A DNA stretch of 64,000 bases from Candidatus Latescibacterota bacterium (GTDB lineage: Bacteria > Latescibacterota > UBA2968 > GCA-2709665), in the NCBI GenBank assembly GCA_965237675.1, contig OZ250150.1, positions 32,001 to 96,000 of the forward strand. The letters run 5' to 3'. The position numbers and the translations under genes are program-made. Under the pieces are notes generated by a model, which saw nothing but the letters and a program-made list of their open reading frames with translations, was not told the DNA's origin and ran no database searches. Each line of letters begins with the position of its first letter. The first letter of the stretch is position 1. This document shows, one piece after another, positions 28,853-39,485 of the stretch.

Positions 28853-29728
28853 TCAGACCGCGTCGGGCGCGCGTCCCAATGCCCGCGCCATCGCCCTGAT
28901 GGTGTTCGGCCCCGCCCCGCAGCAGGCGCCGATGAGATTGATCCCTTCGGCCTTCGCCTTTACCGCACTATCGGCCATCACGTCCAGCGGAACGCGTGTA
29001 TCCTTTCCGCCAGATCCAAAACCATTGGGCTGCCAGCCAACGGGCACGTCCACGGCCTCACGCATCTCCACTGCGAGATTCAACATCCCTTCGGGCGTTC
29101 CGTTGCATACCAGACCCACAACGTCGGCCCCCTCCCCGGCCAGAACGCGAGCGCACTCCGCCGCCGTGGCGCCGTCCTGCGTCGCGCGGCCCATGCCCAT
29201 GAATACCATAGTCGGAACACTCGTCTTCTTGCAACACTCCAGGCACACCAGCACCTCGTCAAGACGGTGAAAGGTCTCCGGAATCAGGAAATCCGCACCC
29301 GCCTCCACAAGAATGGCGATCTGTTCGTCCCACTCCGCCTTTGCCCTGTCCCTCGAGGACGGGTCTTCCGGATCGAAAATCGGATCGCCCTCCCATGACC
29401 CGGTCCTGGTGGATACCAGGCATCCCCCCACAGGCGCCTCGCCGTTGGATGCCTCCTTTGCCAGTTGCACACCCACCCGGTTCACTTCGTCCAGCTTCTG
29501 GCTCCAACCAAAACTCCGATCCAACTGGGACCGGGAGGTAAACCACGTCACTGCTTCGAGCACCTGCGATCCGGCATTGAAGAAATCTCTGTGGATCTGC
29601 CGGATGGCGTCCGGATCCTCCACAATCGCCCTGGGGGTGTCGTACCCACGCCACCGTGCTTCCAGGATCATGCCGCCGTCGCTCAAAACAACGCCATCGT
29701 TCAGCATCTTCATTACATCATTCGGCAT
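28853..29728 (-). CDS. Homocysteine S-methyltransferase family, HMT-3
   Basis: VLSDGG, PETF, ADVVGLVC, LIGACCG. Confidence 0.88.
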   Translation of the reverse strand: MPNDVMKMLNDGVVLSDGGMILEARWRGYDTPRAIVEDPDAIRQIHRDFFNAGSQVLEAVTWFTSRSQLDRSFGWSQKLDEVNRVGVQLAKEASNGEAPVGGCLVSTRTGSWEGDPIFDPEDPSSRDRAKAEWDEQIAILVEAGADFLIPETFHRLDEVLVCLECCKKTSVPTMVFMGMGRATQDGATAAECARVLAGEGADVVGLVCNGTPEGMLNLAVEMREAVDVPVGWQPNGFGSGGKDTRVPLDVMADSAVKAKAEGINLIGACCGAGPNTIRAMARALGRAPDAV

Positions 29729-29808
29729 CGTGGCGCTCTCCTTCCGAAGGGTGGAGACGATCGTACCGAAAATCCCGCCTTCCGCCCGGTCTTAGAGATC
29801 CTGTCTGT

Positions 29809-32571
29809 CTATTCGAATGGCTCCCTCACCCAGAACAGGCCTTCCTTGGTCGCCTGCTGCCCGCCGTTCAGGTCCTTCACCGTCATCCGGACCCTGCGAC
29901 GCCCCGGGGCGGCCTCCCCGATGTCCAGCGCCACGTAGTCAGAAACCGACGCCTCAGTGCCGGTCTGTTCGTACCGTACCGTTACGGCCGATTCCGACCG
30001 ACCCAGAACCCTCGTCTTCACGCGTGAAAGGCTGGTCCCGGATTCGTCGGTGCTGTAAACCTCGTAGGCCACCTCGTAGCGCGTGGCCCCGAACTCGTCC
30101 TGCGAGAGGTTGTAGATTTCGAAAAAGACAAACACGTGCTGCCCGGCGTTGAATACATGCGAGGGCAACGGTGTGATATTCCATCTCCCGCGGACGAACC
30201 TGGGGTCAGACCCGGGCATTGCCCCGACCACCTGCCGGGCGACGAACAGATCGCTCAGCTTCAGCCGTTCCCCTGAGTAGTCTTCCACGGACAACTTCTG
30301 TGAATACGCCTGTAAACGGTTTGTGTTGTGGCGCTGCACCTGCACGGCCAGTTCGTAGTCCCCCGGCAGAATTTCCAGGAGATCCACCCGGTCCAGCAGG
30401 GCCCGGTCCCGCCGCCGCCCGGAGACCGGTACCTCCAGATCCTGCTGTAAGGACAACACCTTTGTGTACCTCCCGTCCATCAGCGCCACCTTCCGATTGA
30501 CCAGTACGTTGGCGTCCGTATCCCCGGGCATGGCGACGTGCTCGATGGGAATGCCCACGTTTACCTGGACCTCGGTACCGGCCTTCTTTCCGCGGAACGT
30601 GACCACGTCGTAGCTGAAGTCGAGCGGCTCGAAACCCGTCAGGCTAAAGCGCTCTGGTTCCTCCCTCGCCACCGACGCAACCCGGGTTGAAGGGGCGAGT
30701 TCCGTGAGCCGCTGCATCAGGCGCAGGTAGGCCATCTGTCCCACATGGGGATCTCTATCCAGGTTCTTGAGATCCTGGCTGTTCACGCCGGGTACCGGCG
30801 CATAATCGTACATGCCTGAGTTCTGTTCATCCGTGAACGCCACCTCCAGACCCTTTCCCACGCCCGCATACACCCAGACCTCCCAGGGCACGGACGCCCA
30901 ATTGTGCCCCGTCGTGACCGGCTTCCATCCGCTCAGGCCAATGGCGAATTCCGGATCCAGATCAATACCCGCCTGGATGGGAGATTCTTCCAGATCCACC
31001 AGTTCCCGGGGCGCTGCAGCGGGATTTCCCGCGGCGGCCTGTCCCGGCGGCAATACGGCCAGGTTGAGTTCTTCGATCGCCGCCATCTGCATGTCGCGCC
31101 GGAGGTCTTCGCTGGGCTCCAGAAAAAAACCCAGATCCGTGCGGATTGGGAAAACGGGCCCCACATAGCTGATGCCCACCCCCTGGGCGCCATAAAGCTG
31201 GTAGGCCATATTGTCCTGTACGCTTTCGACTGCGGGAGGCACGTTTGGATTCGGCTCCAGCGAAGAGGACCGGTAGTCCGGTTCGCCGTACCGGATGTAC
31301 ACCTCCCCGCGGCGGTCCCAGGGCCACTTCAGCTCTCCATACTTCGTTCGGGCGTGCCACACCCGCCGGTGGTGCTCGGCGCGACGCATCGCGCCGCGTG
31401 AGGCCTTGAACGGGTCGTGGCGGAGCCAGAAGCGCTGCAGAAACACGGCCCGCCTGTCAGGGGGGGTTGCGCGATACGCTTCGATTTCGTGCGGCAGACC
31501 CACCAATGACACATCCCGGTAGAGTGCCTGTTCTTCCGGATTCAGGCTTTCGATGTAGATCTTGAACGCCCGGAGCGCGCCTTCGTAGTTGCCTCGCGCC
31601 ATCAGCGCCTGCGCCAGCAGCGGCAGCGCGAGGTCATTTGTCATGAGTGAGGTGAGGGTCTCGACCTCTTTGAATTTCTCTTTTTTCAGCAATTCACGTG
31701 CAAAGGCCAACGCCGCCGTCTGTTCCGCCGGCTTCAGTTCCAGGTATTTCTCAAAGTAGACCATCGCGGCCTGCAGGTTGCCCTCCTCGTGATGCGACTC
31801 GGCCAGCAGCAGGTGGGCCGGTGCAATCCGGGAGTCGTATTGAAGCGCCCTGTCCGCGGCCTGCCTCGCCCCGGGGCGCCCGGTTTCCTGGTAGACGCGG
31901 GCAAGGAAATAGTGCGCCTGCGCATAGGTGGAGTCGGCCCGCAGCGCCGCCTCCAGATGGGGTAAGGCGCCCGCAACGTCTCCCTCCAGTTCGAGGGCCA
32001 CCCTGCCCAGACCACAATGCGCCGCGGCCAGCCCGGGATCGAATTCAACCGCGCGTACAAATGCGGCCCGGGCGCTGTCCGCCGCACCTGCTTTCAGGTG
32101 CGCCCGGCCGACCTGCTCGAGTGCCCGGGGCATATAGGTGTACGTCCAGGTATACGTGGAGTCGGCTCGCAGCGCCGCTTCCAGATGCGGCAGCGCCCCG
32201 GCCGCGTCGCCCTCCAGTTCGAGGGCCACCCTGCCCAGGCCGCAATGCGCCGTGGCCAGTTTCGGGTCGAATCCGACCGCACGTTGAAACGCCGAGCGCG
32301 CGTCGCGCGCCCACCCCACCCGCAGATAGAGCATACCGGCCCGGTTCAGCAGGAATCCGGCATGGTCCGAATGGTCGACCAGTGCGCTCTCCAACGCCTT
32401 CGCCGCCGCCACCACCGTCGGCACGTCCCGGGCCTTCAGGCCTCGTGCGTACACGGCATCCAATTCGGACAGGGGCTTCCCGGCAGCCCCTGCTGTATCC
32501 GGCCAGGGGCCGGCGACGATCAGCGCGCCGCCCAATAGAAGGCGCACAAGCAGCCGCTCTGGGTGCTTCAT
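29809..32571 (-). CDS. TPR plus GWxTD-domain protein
   Basis: Signal peptide, TPRs, FWLRHDP...EHHRRV...WDRRGEVYIRYGEPD, WEVWVY, C-terminal Ig-like domains. Confidence 0.8.
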   Translation of the reverse strand: MKHPERLLVRLLLGGALIVAGPWPDTAGAAGKPLSELDAVYARGLKARDVPTVVAAAKALESALVDHSDHAGFLLNRAGMLYLRVGWARDARSAFQRAVGFDPKLATAHCGLGRVALELEGDAAGALPHLEAALRADSTYTWTYTYMPRALEQVGRAHLKAGAADSARAAFVRAVEFDPGLAAAHCGLGRVALELEGDVAGALPHLEAALRADSTYAQAHYFLARVYQETGRPGARQAADRALQYDSRIAPAHLLLAESHHEEGNLQAAMVYFEKYLELKPAEQTAALAFARELLKKEKFKEVETLTSLMTNDLALPLLAQALMARGNYEGALRAFKIYIESLNPEEQALYRDVSLVGLPHEIEAYRATPPDRRAVFLQRFWLRHDPFKASRGAMRRAEHHRRVWHARTKYGELKWPWDRRGEVYIRYGEPDYRSSSLEPNPNVPPAVESVQDNMAYQLYGAQGVGISYVGPVFPIRTDLGFFLEPSEDLRRDMQMAAIEELNLAVLPPGQAAAGNPAAAPRELVDLEESPIQAGIDLDPEFAIGLSGWKPVTTGHNWASVPWEVWVYAGVGKGLEVAFTDEQNSGMYDYAPVPGVNSQDLKNLDRDPHVGQMAYLRLMQRLTELAPSTRVASVAREEPERFSLTGFEPLDFSYDVVTFRGKKAGTEVQVNVGIPIEHVAMPGDTDANVLVNRKVALMDGRYTKVLSLQQDLEVPVSGRRRDRALLDRVDLLEILPGDYELAVQVQRHNTNRLQAYSQKLSVEDYSGERLKLSDLFVARQVVGAMPGSDPRFVRGRWNITPLPSHVFNAGQHVFVFFEIYNLSQDEFGATRYEVAYEVYSTDESGTSLSRVKTRVLGRSESAVTVRYEQTGTEASVSDYVALDIGEAAPGRRRVRMTVKDLNGGQQATKEGLFWVREPFE

Positions 32572-32661
32572 TTGCCCTCATATCCTTCCGTAAACAGATA
32601 GGCGGCCCTGTCGCTCTCAGAAGCCGCCTAACGGGTTCCATCCAATTGCGCTTCCACGAAA

Positions 32662-33636
32662 TCAGAACGATCCTGTCACCGAGAACCGCAGGGTCGTACC
32701 GTTGTCGGGAAATTTGTCGAACTTGACGAAGGCGAAGTCCGCCTGCACGTGGTGTATGCCCCGCTGCAGCCGTACCCCCGCCCCGGCTGTAAAGTCCTGA
32801 GCGTCGTACCCCAGCTTGTACCCGGCCCGAAGCGCAACGATGTTCCGCAACCAGAGTTCGGCACCCGCGTGCACCCGCCGCTCGACGCTCACGCTGTAGA
32901 GTGCTTCGAGCGCTCCGGTGAGCGAGACGTCCTCGCCGCGTTCTCCGTACACCTCCGCAGCCGTGGCCAGGCTGAAGAAGACGGGCATCTTGCCCTTGAT
33001 GGCCTCGTTGGTCAGGAGCACAAGGTCCTTTCCGAAGTTGCGCAACGACATGCCGATACGCAGGCTTCGGAAGCCAGTATGGTAGAAGGTCCCGACCGCC
33101 AGGTCGAAAACGCGGTAGTCGTAGCCCCTGTCGAGCTTTTCCTCGATCACCCGCGCCTGAAACCCCACGGAGAAACGCTCTGTAAACTGCTTGGCATAGA
33201 GTCCGCCCAAGGCCCAGCTTCCGGTGTCCAGAATCCGGCCCGTTCCCTCGGGATCGAATATGGTCGTCTCCTCGATATCGCCGGTGTTGAACGCAACCAG
33301 ACTCAGTGCCAGGGCGCCGTAATCGGTATTGACCCCTACCGCTACGGAGTTCAATTGGGAATCCAGGAGCCACTTCGTGTTGGTGAAGGCGAATTGAAAC
33401 CGGTTGCGCGCCATGGCCGTGAGCCCGGCCGGATTCCAGAACGCTGCATTGATGTCGTCTGCCACGGCCACGTAGGCGTCTCCCATCCCGGCGGCGCGTG
33501 CGCTTTGGGAGATCTCCAGGAAGGCGGCGTAGGTCTCGCCCACCGGGGTCTGGTTCGAGATTTCGGCCAACGCCGGGACGCCGAGAACGAGGACGCCGAA
33601 GAGCGCCGTAAATCCGATCTTATAAATGCGCCTCAT
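32662..33636 (-). CDS. PorV/PorQ (UPF0164) family outer-membrane beta-barrel
   Basis: FLEISQSARAAGMGDAYVAVADDINAAFWNPAGL; C-terminal Phe. Confidence 0.88.
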   Translation of the reverse strand: MRRIYKIGFTALFGVLVLGVPALAEISNQTPVGETYAAFLEISQSARAAGMGDAYVAVADDINAAFWNPAGLTAMARNRFQFAFTNTKWLLDSQLNSVAVGVNTDYGALALSLVAFNTGDIEETTIFDPEGTGRILDTGSWALGGLYAKQFTERFSVGFQARVIEEKLDRGYDYRVFDLAVGTFYHTGFRSLRIGMSLRNFGKDLVLLTNEAIKGKMPVFFSLATAAEVYGERGEDVSLTGALEALYSVSVERRVHAGAELWLRNIVALRAGYKLGYDAQDFTAGAGVRLQRGIHHVQADFAFVKFDKFPDNGTTLRFSVTGSF

Positions 33637-33646
33637 GGCGACCTCC

Positions 33647-36175
33647 TTAACGAATGATGACCAGCTTGGCGCCCTTCACCTGGCCCTCGGTCCCCGGCAA
33701 CAGGGACTCGACGGTGACAAAGTAGACGCCGAAGGTCAACTGCGTGATATGCGTTCTGTTGAACTGGAAGAAGGCTGCCTCACCCTCTGTCTGCGAATCG
33801 TGGTCCACCTCGCCCACCAGGTCGCCGGCCACGGAGAAGATCCTGATCTTCGCCTTCCTCGGAACGTTCAGGATGCGGATCTTGGTTGAGCCCTCGTAGG
33901 TGTGCGGCGCCAACGGGATGAAGGGATTCGGCACAATGAGGATGTCCTTTTCCAGTCGGTCCGCGCTTGCCGTGGGCACCTGCACCGGGCTGTCGGGCGC
34001 CGACCCCGAGGGGGGCAGATAGTAGGTGGAAACGTCTCCGATGCCCGACTCGTAGGCCCGGACGCCACCTTCCACCGTGGCGCCGGTTACGCGGCTGACG
34101 AATCCGGTGTTGCCGCTGCCCTGGTAGGAACGCACGGCGTAGTAGTACTGAAATCCGGCGAGCGATTCCGTATCCTCATACGCGTAGTCCTGCGCGCCTG
34201 TAGCCGACACGTCCTCGATGAGCTTCCAGATACCTGGCTGCGTCTCGGACTGGTACACCCGGTAACCCGCGACGTCGGACTGGCCGGTATCCGGATTGAT
34301 CGACTTCTCGGGATCGCCGCTCCAGGTGATGAGGTTTCGCGCGTTCTCCGAGGAAGTCACCATAGCGTCCACGTCGGGAGGCTGATTGGGCAGGTCGTAA
34401 CCCAGCGCGTAGGCCTCCTTGGCCTTATTCAGGTGATTGAGCAGGTTGGTGAACGCGGCCCCGTTTTCTTCCTTCTTGAGTTCGCTGCTGTCTCCCGACT
34501 TCTGGAAAGCCCGGAAATTCTCCGTAACGGGAGCCGCCGCGACGTAGGCGAACACGAACTTCACCTTCTGGCCAGGCGCCAGATCGTAGGGGCCGTAGGT
34601 TTCCATCGGGGTGTAGGCCGCGGCGATCCCATGCCGCCCCTCCCACTCCCACGTGGGGATCGGCATATATGGCATGGGGCCTACCGGGACGTCCGGAACC
34701 GGCAGCAGCGGCACGCCCAGGTTGGGGTTGCCAGACCCCCGGCTCGGACGCTCCAGAAGCGGCTGGTCGAAATACGACGGTTCCGGCGTACTGACGAGCA
34801 TCTGGTAAAGCGTTTCATGGTTCATCTCGTTCGGGTTCGGCTCGTCCGTAAGGAACCCGACGGCATCCGACGCACTGGACGGATATCGGTACAGAAAATG
34901 GAAGAAATTGTACGCGAATGGCTGTTCCGCCACCTTCGGCGCCTCGTAGACCTCAGGATCGCCCACGAACCCGTCCGTGGGATCCACGTCGATCGGGGCC
35001 TTGCCGATCCAGGCGGGGGACGTCAGGTCCCCAACTCCGATCAGGCTCGGGAAGGTGCACTGGGCGCACCTGTGTTCGGATCGATAGGGGTCTCCGATAT
35101 CGTCGGCCAGCGGCCCGGTAAGGCAGAAATTGTTCCAGTCGTACTGGTAGGTGAGCCTCAGACCTCGGGCAGAGGCCGGACCGTCGTAATTCGGTGCTTC
35201 GGTATACTTGATCTTGTCGTCCTGGGAATTGTCCAGGGGTCCGAAATTGCTGCTGCAACCGTCTCCCGTGCCGTAGTCGGAATAATAAGCCCTGTAGCTC
35301 GTCCGGGAGACGCCCGGGGAAGACGTCATGAAGCGGTGGTGGAACGAAAAATAGACGTTCGTGAGATTGTGCCCGCCGCCGGGAAGGTCGGCCGCCCGGT
35401 CGCCGTCGGTATCGCCGGTATTTTCGAACACCCACTCGGTGATCACGAAATCGTCGTAGTCCGGGTGGTTCCACGCAAAGGCCGCTTTTTCTCCGGTGAT
35501 GCCCAGCCCGGTGGTCCACTTGCTCAGAACAATGTCTTCCGGATAGTTGTCAGTGGAAACGTCGTTGTACTGGCCGATGCGGTAGTTCAGAATTTCCCTG
35601 GGTTCCAGCGCATCCAGTTCGACCCCGGTACCGGGCCACCAGTTGGCCATCGAACGCCCCGAATTAGGGCTGACCACGTCGTTGCCCAGCCCCGCGTACC
35701 GGCCCTTGAAGTCCACGCCGGGATCCACCGCCATCGCCACCACGTCTTCGCTTTCCTCCATCGCCGCGATGAGGGGATCGGCCCAACTCACCTCGGCCTG
35801 GCCGTTCACCTTCGTGGCGATCCACCACCCATGGCCGCGGCCGTTGTGCGACGTGAGGTCGACGTGCATGCTCCCGGCGCTGCGCTGATCCCCATAATAG
35901 GAGGAAAAGTCGTTCGTTCCGCCTCCTCCCCAACTGATCAGCGCGAACCCGGGATAGGCCAGATCCAGGTAGAGGCCGGCATAGTTCCCTTCCACCGGCC
36001 GAGCCCCTTCGGCGCCCGTGCTTAGAAAGCTGTGCCAGAGGGTGCCGCGCGCGAGGTGCCGGGGCGTCAGCGATTCACCGGCCGCGTTGGTGAAGGTCGC
36101 GCGCTGACCCTCGGCCGGAATCCAGAACACGCCTGCGATCAGGAGCGCGCCTGTGAACGAGTATATGCGTCTCAT
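33647..36175 (-). CDS. Secreted protein with FnIII-like domain and T9SS type-A-like C-terminal domain
   Basis: Signal peptide; GYRVYQS...YEDT...YYYAVRSY; IVPNPF...IRIFSVAGDLV...GVYFV...KLVIIR. Confidence 0.75.
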   Translation of the reverse strand: MRRIYSFTGALLIAGVFWIPAEGQRATFTNAAGESLTPRHLARGTLWHSFLSTGAEGARPVEGNYAGLYLDLAYPGFALISWGGGGTNDFSSYYGDQRSAGSMHVDLTSHNGRGHGWWIATKVNGQAEVSWADPLIAAMEESEDVVAMAVDPGVDFKGRYAGLGNDVVSPNSGRSMANWWPGTGVELDALEPREILNYRIGQYNDVSTDNYPEDIVLSKWTTGLGITGEKAAFAWNHPDYDDFVITEWVFENTGDTDGDRAADLPGGGHNLTNVYFSFHHRFMTSSPGVSRTSYRAYYSDYGTGDGCSSNFGPLDNSQDDKIKYTEAPNYDGPASARGLRLTYQYDWNNFCLTGPLADDIGDPYRSEHRCAQCTFPSLIGVGDLTSPAWIGKAPIDVDPTDGFVGDPEVYEAPKVAEQPFAYNFFHFLYRYPSSASDAVGFLTDEPNPNEMNHETLYQMLVSTPEPSYFDQPLLERPSRGSGNPNLGVPLLPVPDVPVGPMPYMPIPTWEWEGRHGIAAAYTPMETYGPYDLAPGQKVKFVFAYVAAAPVTENFRAFQKSGDSSELKKEENGAAFTNLLNHLNKAKEAYALGYDLPNQPPDVDAMVTSSENARNLITWSGDPEKSINPDTGQSDVAGYRVYQSETQPGIWKLIEDVSATGAQDYAYEDTESLAGFQYYYAVRSYQGSGNTGFVSRVTGATVEGGVRAYESGIGDVSTYYLPPSGSAPDSPVQVPTASADRLEKDILIVPNPFIPLAPHTYEGSTKIRILNVPRKAKIRIFSVAGDLVGEVDHDSQTEGEAAFFQFNRTHITQLTFGVYFVTVESLLPGTEGQVKGAKLVIIR

Positions 36176-36236
36176 TGAATTTCTCCCCGCCAGTTTGTGC
36201 CGTGGCGGCCGCGCCGCCACGGCATCGTAGCCATCT

Positions 36237-39200
36237 CTAGAAGCCGATCCGCAACCCCATGTTCACGTACCGCGGCGTGCCGCCTCGTCTGAAGTTCGAG
36301 TCGCCGTACTTCAGATAGTTGGTGTCGTTCGGCGTGGGCTTCTTCAAACCCCATCGGACGTAATTGGAGCCGGAGGAGGGGTCATAGAAGGTGTTGAAGA
36401 GGTTGAATACCTCCACGTACATCGTGGGGGTGGTTGTACCAATCCGGAACGACTTCTGGAAGTTCAGGTCCGTCCGAACGAAAACCGGCCGGTTCCGCGC
36501 CGTCTGCACGCTCGTTCCCGGCAGGGTGATCTGGAACTGCTGGCCGTTGTCCAGCCGCCAGACAACGTTGGCCTGGATGCCGCCCAGGACCTTGGCGCCG
36601 CCAACGTCTCCGCCCGGCCCCCAGTCCATCGGCGTGGACCAGAGGAACTGGAACGAGGCATTGGTCGTGGGCGGCTGCCCGCGGAATGCGTCCACCTGGC
36701 GCCAGACGTCCGCGAACCAGAGGTTCTGCATGTCCTGCTTCTCGGATTCGCTGAGGCCGGGATATTCATACCAGGGACGTATCGCATCGATCCGGTTTGT
36801 TCCCCACGCCCCGACGAACGTCGTCCCCTCTTGTCGCTTTTTCCGGAGCACTTCGTTCGCCCTGTGGCCGATCGTCCGGATTTCGTCGTCGGTCAGACGA
36901 ACAATTTCGTCATTCGCATCGACCGTGAAGTATTTCGAACTGGCGATGTAGTTGGAGTCGGGGTACGTCCAGACCTGAAGCTGGGATCCACCCGACCAGT
37001 TGAAGAGCGCCCAACTCACGTCCAGCCCCACCCGGAAGGAGAAATTATGAGAAAAGGCCTTGGTAAACCCCATCTCGATTCCCTTGGTTTCGAGGCGGGC
37101 GTTCGGACCCCGGTGGCCCACGTAGGTAAGTGTCTGCACGGGGTCCTGGAAGCGGTGCACCCCGCCCGAACCTACCCGCTCGGTCCGTCGGTAGTAGGTG
37201 GACAGTTCCATGACGAAATCGCTGATGAAATTCCACTCGCCGGTGACCTCGAACTCGGCGGTATTCGGCAGTCCTCCCGGATCCTGGTAACCGCCGTCCA
37301 GTCGCCACTGCCCGCCACCGATCCAGTTCAGATCGAACCATACGTCGTCCAGTTCGGGGTGGTTCTCTGCGTCGGACGTCGCCCAGGGCTCCAGCCACAG
37401 GAGAGAAAAGTGCGGCGGCTTGTAGTACACGCCGTAGGAGTATCGCACGGTGGACCGGTCCGTGATCGGGTGGGACAGGCCGATCCGCGGCGACAGGCTG
37501 GTCATCGGCCGGGTTTGCGCCAGCGGCACCCGACCGGTACGCCAGGCCTTATAGGTTCTCCACCCCGGCAATGCCTTCATAAAGCCGGACAACGTCCGCT
37601 CGGGCCCGCCCCAGAAACTGTCGAAACGCAGGCCTGCGTGCACCACCAGGCCCTGGAACTCCAGCTTCTCGTCAACGTACGCCGCCAGCCGGTTCACCGT
37701 GTATCGCTTGCCGGGCTCGCTGTTCCCTGCCATGATCTTGATCGTGGCGTTGGTCGCGCTGGACCGGTTGTAGTCCCAGTTGAGGTTGTTCATGTTCTGA
37801 AAGACAAAACCGGCCTTGAACAGATTCCGCCGGGTGAGTTGCCCGGTGAAGTCGTAGCGGAAGTTGTACCGGCGGTTGTCTTCCACCACGATGCGCCGGC
37901 GGTCCCGGTCTAAATTGAACTGACCCAGTTTGTCCCGTCGCCAGGACGTTGTGGTGGAAGGTACGTCATCGCCCGGATCGGTCTTGGTACCATAGAAACC
38001 CACCTGGAATTCGTGGAACATTCTGGGATTGATACTCTGCGTGCCCGTCACATAGAAAATCCGGTTGACCCGGTTCTGCTGGTAACCCGTCGTGCCGTTG
38101 ATCAGGAAGAGGTTGCCCCCGACCGACCGGTTGGCGTCGCCGAAGAACGTCGGCTCGTTGGATTGGTTGAACCCTACTTTGACTTTGAGGTTGGGCGACG
38201 GGGTGAAGCTGATTTTTCCGAAGATGCTGTGTTGGCGCAGCCCCGTCAGCGTAGGCGCGGGCAGATTCTGTTTGGCGCGGCTGGTTTTCCCGCTCACCAC
38301 AAAGGTGGCGTTTTCGCCCAACGGCCCGGTGACCCATCCCTCCACGAGGTGACCGACTGAACTCTCGTAGTCCTGCTTGACATGGATCAACTGTCCGGTG
38401 TCAGGATCTTTCTCGTTCACCCATTCAGAATTATTCCACTGCAACTTGTCGCGCCAGTACCCGTTCGCCCCGCCTCGCTGCCCCGGCGTGGCGTCGTAAA
38501 CGTTGGATCCGCGGTGCCGCTTCCCGGGCATTTCCACCCGGAGGTCGACGCCGCCACGGTAGATCCGCGTGCCCTCCCTGCTGATGATGTTCACCACACC
38601 CGCGGGCGACGAGGCCTGCGAGGCGTCGGCCCCGCCTCTGACCAGCCCCATCTCCCCGACGGCCGTCACCGGCAGATTGTTGTACTGCCGGGGGGCCGTC
38701 TGCTGCGACGTGTCCAGGTTCATCAATTCAATGCCATCGAAGGTCCAGGTCTGCGCCGCGCGCATCGAATAATAGCTCATATGACGGATGCGCACGCCGT
38801 TGCCCGGGCTGTCGTTCACATTCGTTCCCACGGCGTACTGCAGGTGCTCCTTGACTCCCCTGATAATCGGGACCTGTGCAATTTCCTGCGAGGAGATCTT
38901 CGTCTCGCTGGAGGTCCGGTCCACCTCCACCAGGGGTCGCTCGGCCCTCACCACAATCTCGGCGGCCTCGAGCGCCGATTCCCGGAGCGTGAAATCGGAC
39001 ACGGTGGTCAGGCCCGCCGCCACCCGTGCCCGCTCCCGGACGACCGTCGCGTATCCAACCATCGATGCCTTCAGGGTATATAACCCGGGCTCGACGCCGA
39101 TAATGATGTAATACCCCTCGTTGTCGGACGTCGCTCCGAAGCGCGTCCCTTCGACCACCACGTTGGCTCCCGGCAAGGCACCGCCGTCCGCGTCGGTCAC

Positions 39201-39299
39201 CTGTCCGGTAATCTTTCCGTAGAAGGTCTGGGACCGCGCCGGCCCGACCAGCAGGCTTAGCACCGCGATTGTGCCCAAAACCACTAATTCACGCCTCAT
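36237..39299 (-). CDS. TonB-dependent receptor with carboxypeptidase-like N-domain
   Basis: GKITGQVTD...LPGANVVVEG, GVVNIIS, HAGLRFD, SPRIGLSHPI, VFNLFN, PRYVNMGLRIGF; AAGGAG RBS. Confidence 0.9.
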   Translation of the reverse strand: MRRELVVLGTIAVLSLLVGPARSQTFYGKITGQVTDADGGALPGANVVVEGTRFGATSDNEGYYIIIGVEPGLYTLKASMVGYATVVRERARVAAGLTTVSDFTLRESALEAAEIVVRAERPLVEVDRTSSETKISSQEIAQVPIIRGVKEHLQYAVGTNVNDSPGNGVRIRHMSYYSMRAAQTWTFDGIELMNLDTSQQTAPRQYNNLPVTAVGEMGLVRGGADASQASSPAGVVNIISREGTRIYRGGVDLRVEMPGKRHRGSNVYDATPGQRGGANGYWRDKLQWNNSEWVNEKDPDTGQLIHVKQDYESSVGHLVEGWVTGPLGENATFVVSGKTSRAKQNLPAPTLTGLRQHSIFGKISFTPSPNLKVKVGFNQSNEPTFFGDANRSVGGNLFLINGTTGYQQNRVNRIFYVTGTQSINPRMFHEFQVGFYGTKTDPGDDVPSTTTSWRRDKLGQFNLDRDRRRIVVEDNRRYNFRYDFTGQLTRRNLFKAGFVFQNMNNLNWDYNRSSATNATIKIMAGNSEPGKRYTVNRLAAYVDEKLEFQGLVVHAGLRFDSFWGGPERTLSGFMKALPGWRTYKAWRTGRVPLAQTRPMTSLSPRIGLSHPITDRSTVRYSYGVYYKPPHFSLLWLEPWATSDAENHPELDDVWFDLNWIGGGQWRLDGGYQDPGGLPNTAEFEVTGEWNFISDFVMELSTYYRRTERVGSGGVHRFQDPVQTLTYVGHRGPNARLETKGIEMGFTKAFSHNFSFRVGLDVSWALFNWSGGSQLQVWTYPDSNYIASSKYFTVDANDEIVRLTDDEIRTIGHRANEVLRKKRQEGTTFVGAWGTNRIDAIRPWYEYPGLSESEKQDMQNLWFADVWRQVDAFRGQPPTTNASFQFLWSTPMDWGPGGDVGGAKVLGGIQANVVWRLDNGQQFQITLPGTSVQTARNRPVFVRTDLNFQKSFRIGTTTPTMYVEVFNLFNTFYDPSSGSNYVRWGLKKPTPNDTNYLKYGDSNFRRGGTPRYVNMGLRIGF

Positions 39300-39485
39300 A
39301 CGCCAACTCCTTTGCTGAAGAACCCATCGTCCATCCGGCCGATCAACGCCCGAAGCCGGGCATTGCCAGCGTCGGATATGCGAATGGAACGCTCAGTTTA
39401 ATTTAAGTTCTAACCGCCCCAATCCCTCGATCTGTGGTCCTATCCATAGGCAGTCCTCCACGTCGGCAAACGGGTCTGAGTTAAT

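Noticed and set aside
33902-36025. Long antisense or alternate-frame ORFs (also 10084..11778, 11878..13389, 13854..15461, 26389..27885, 48162..49769)
   Set aside because: Shadow ORFs expected in GC-rich coding DNA; they overlap well-supported genes and lack motifs.
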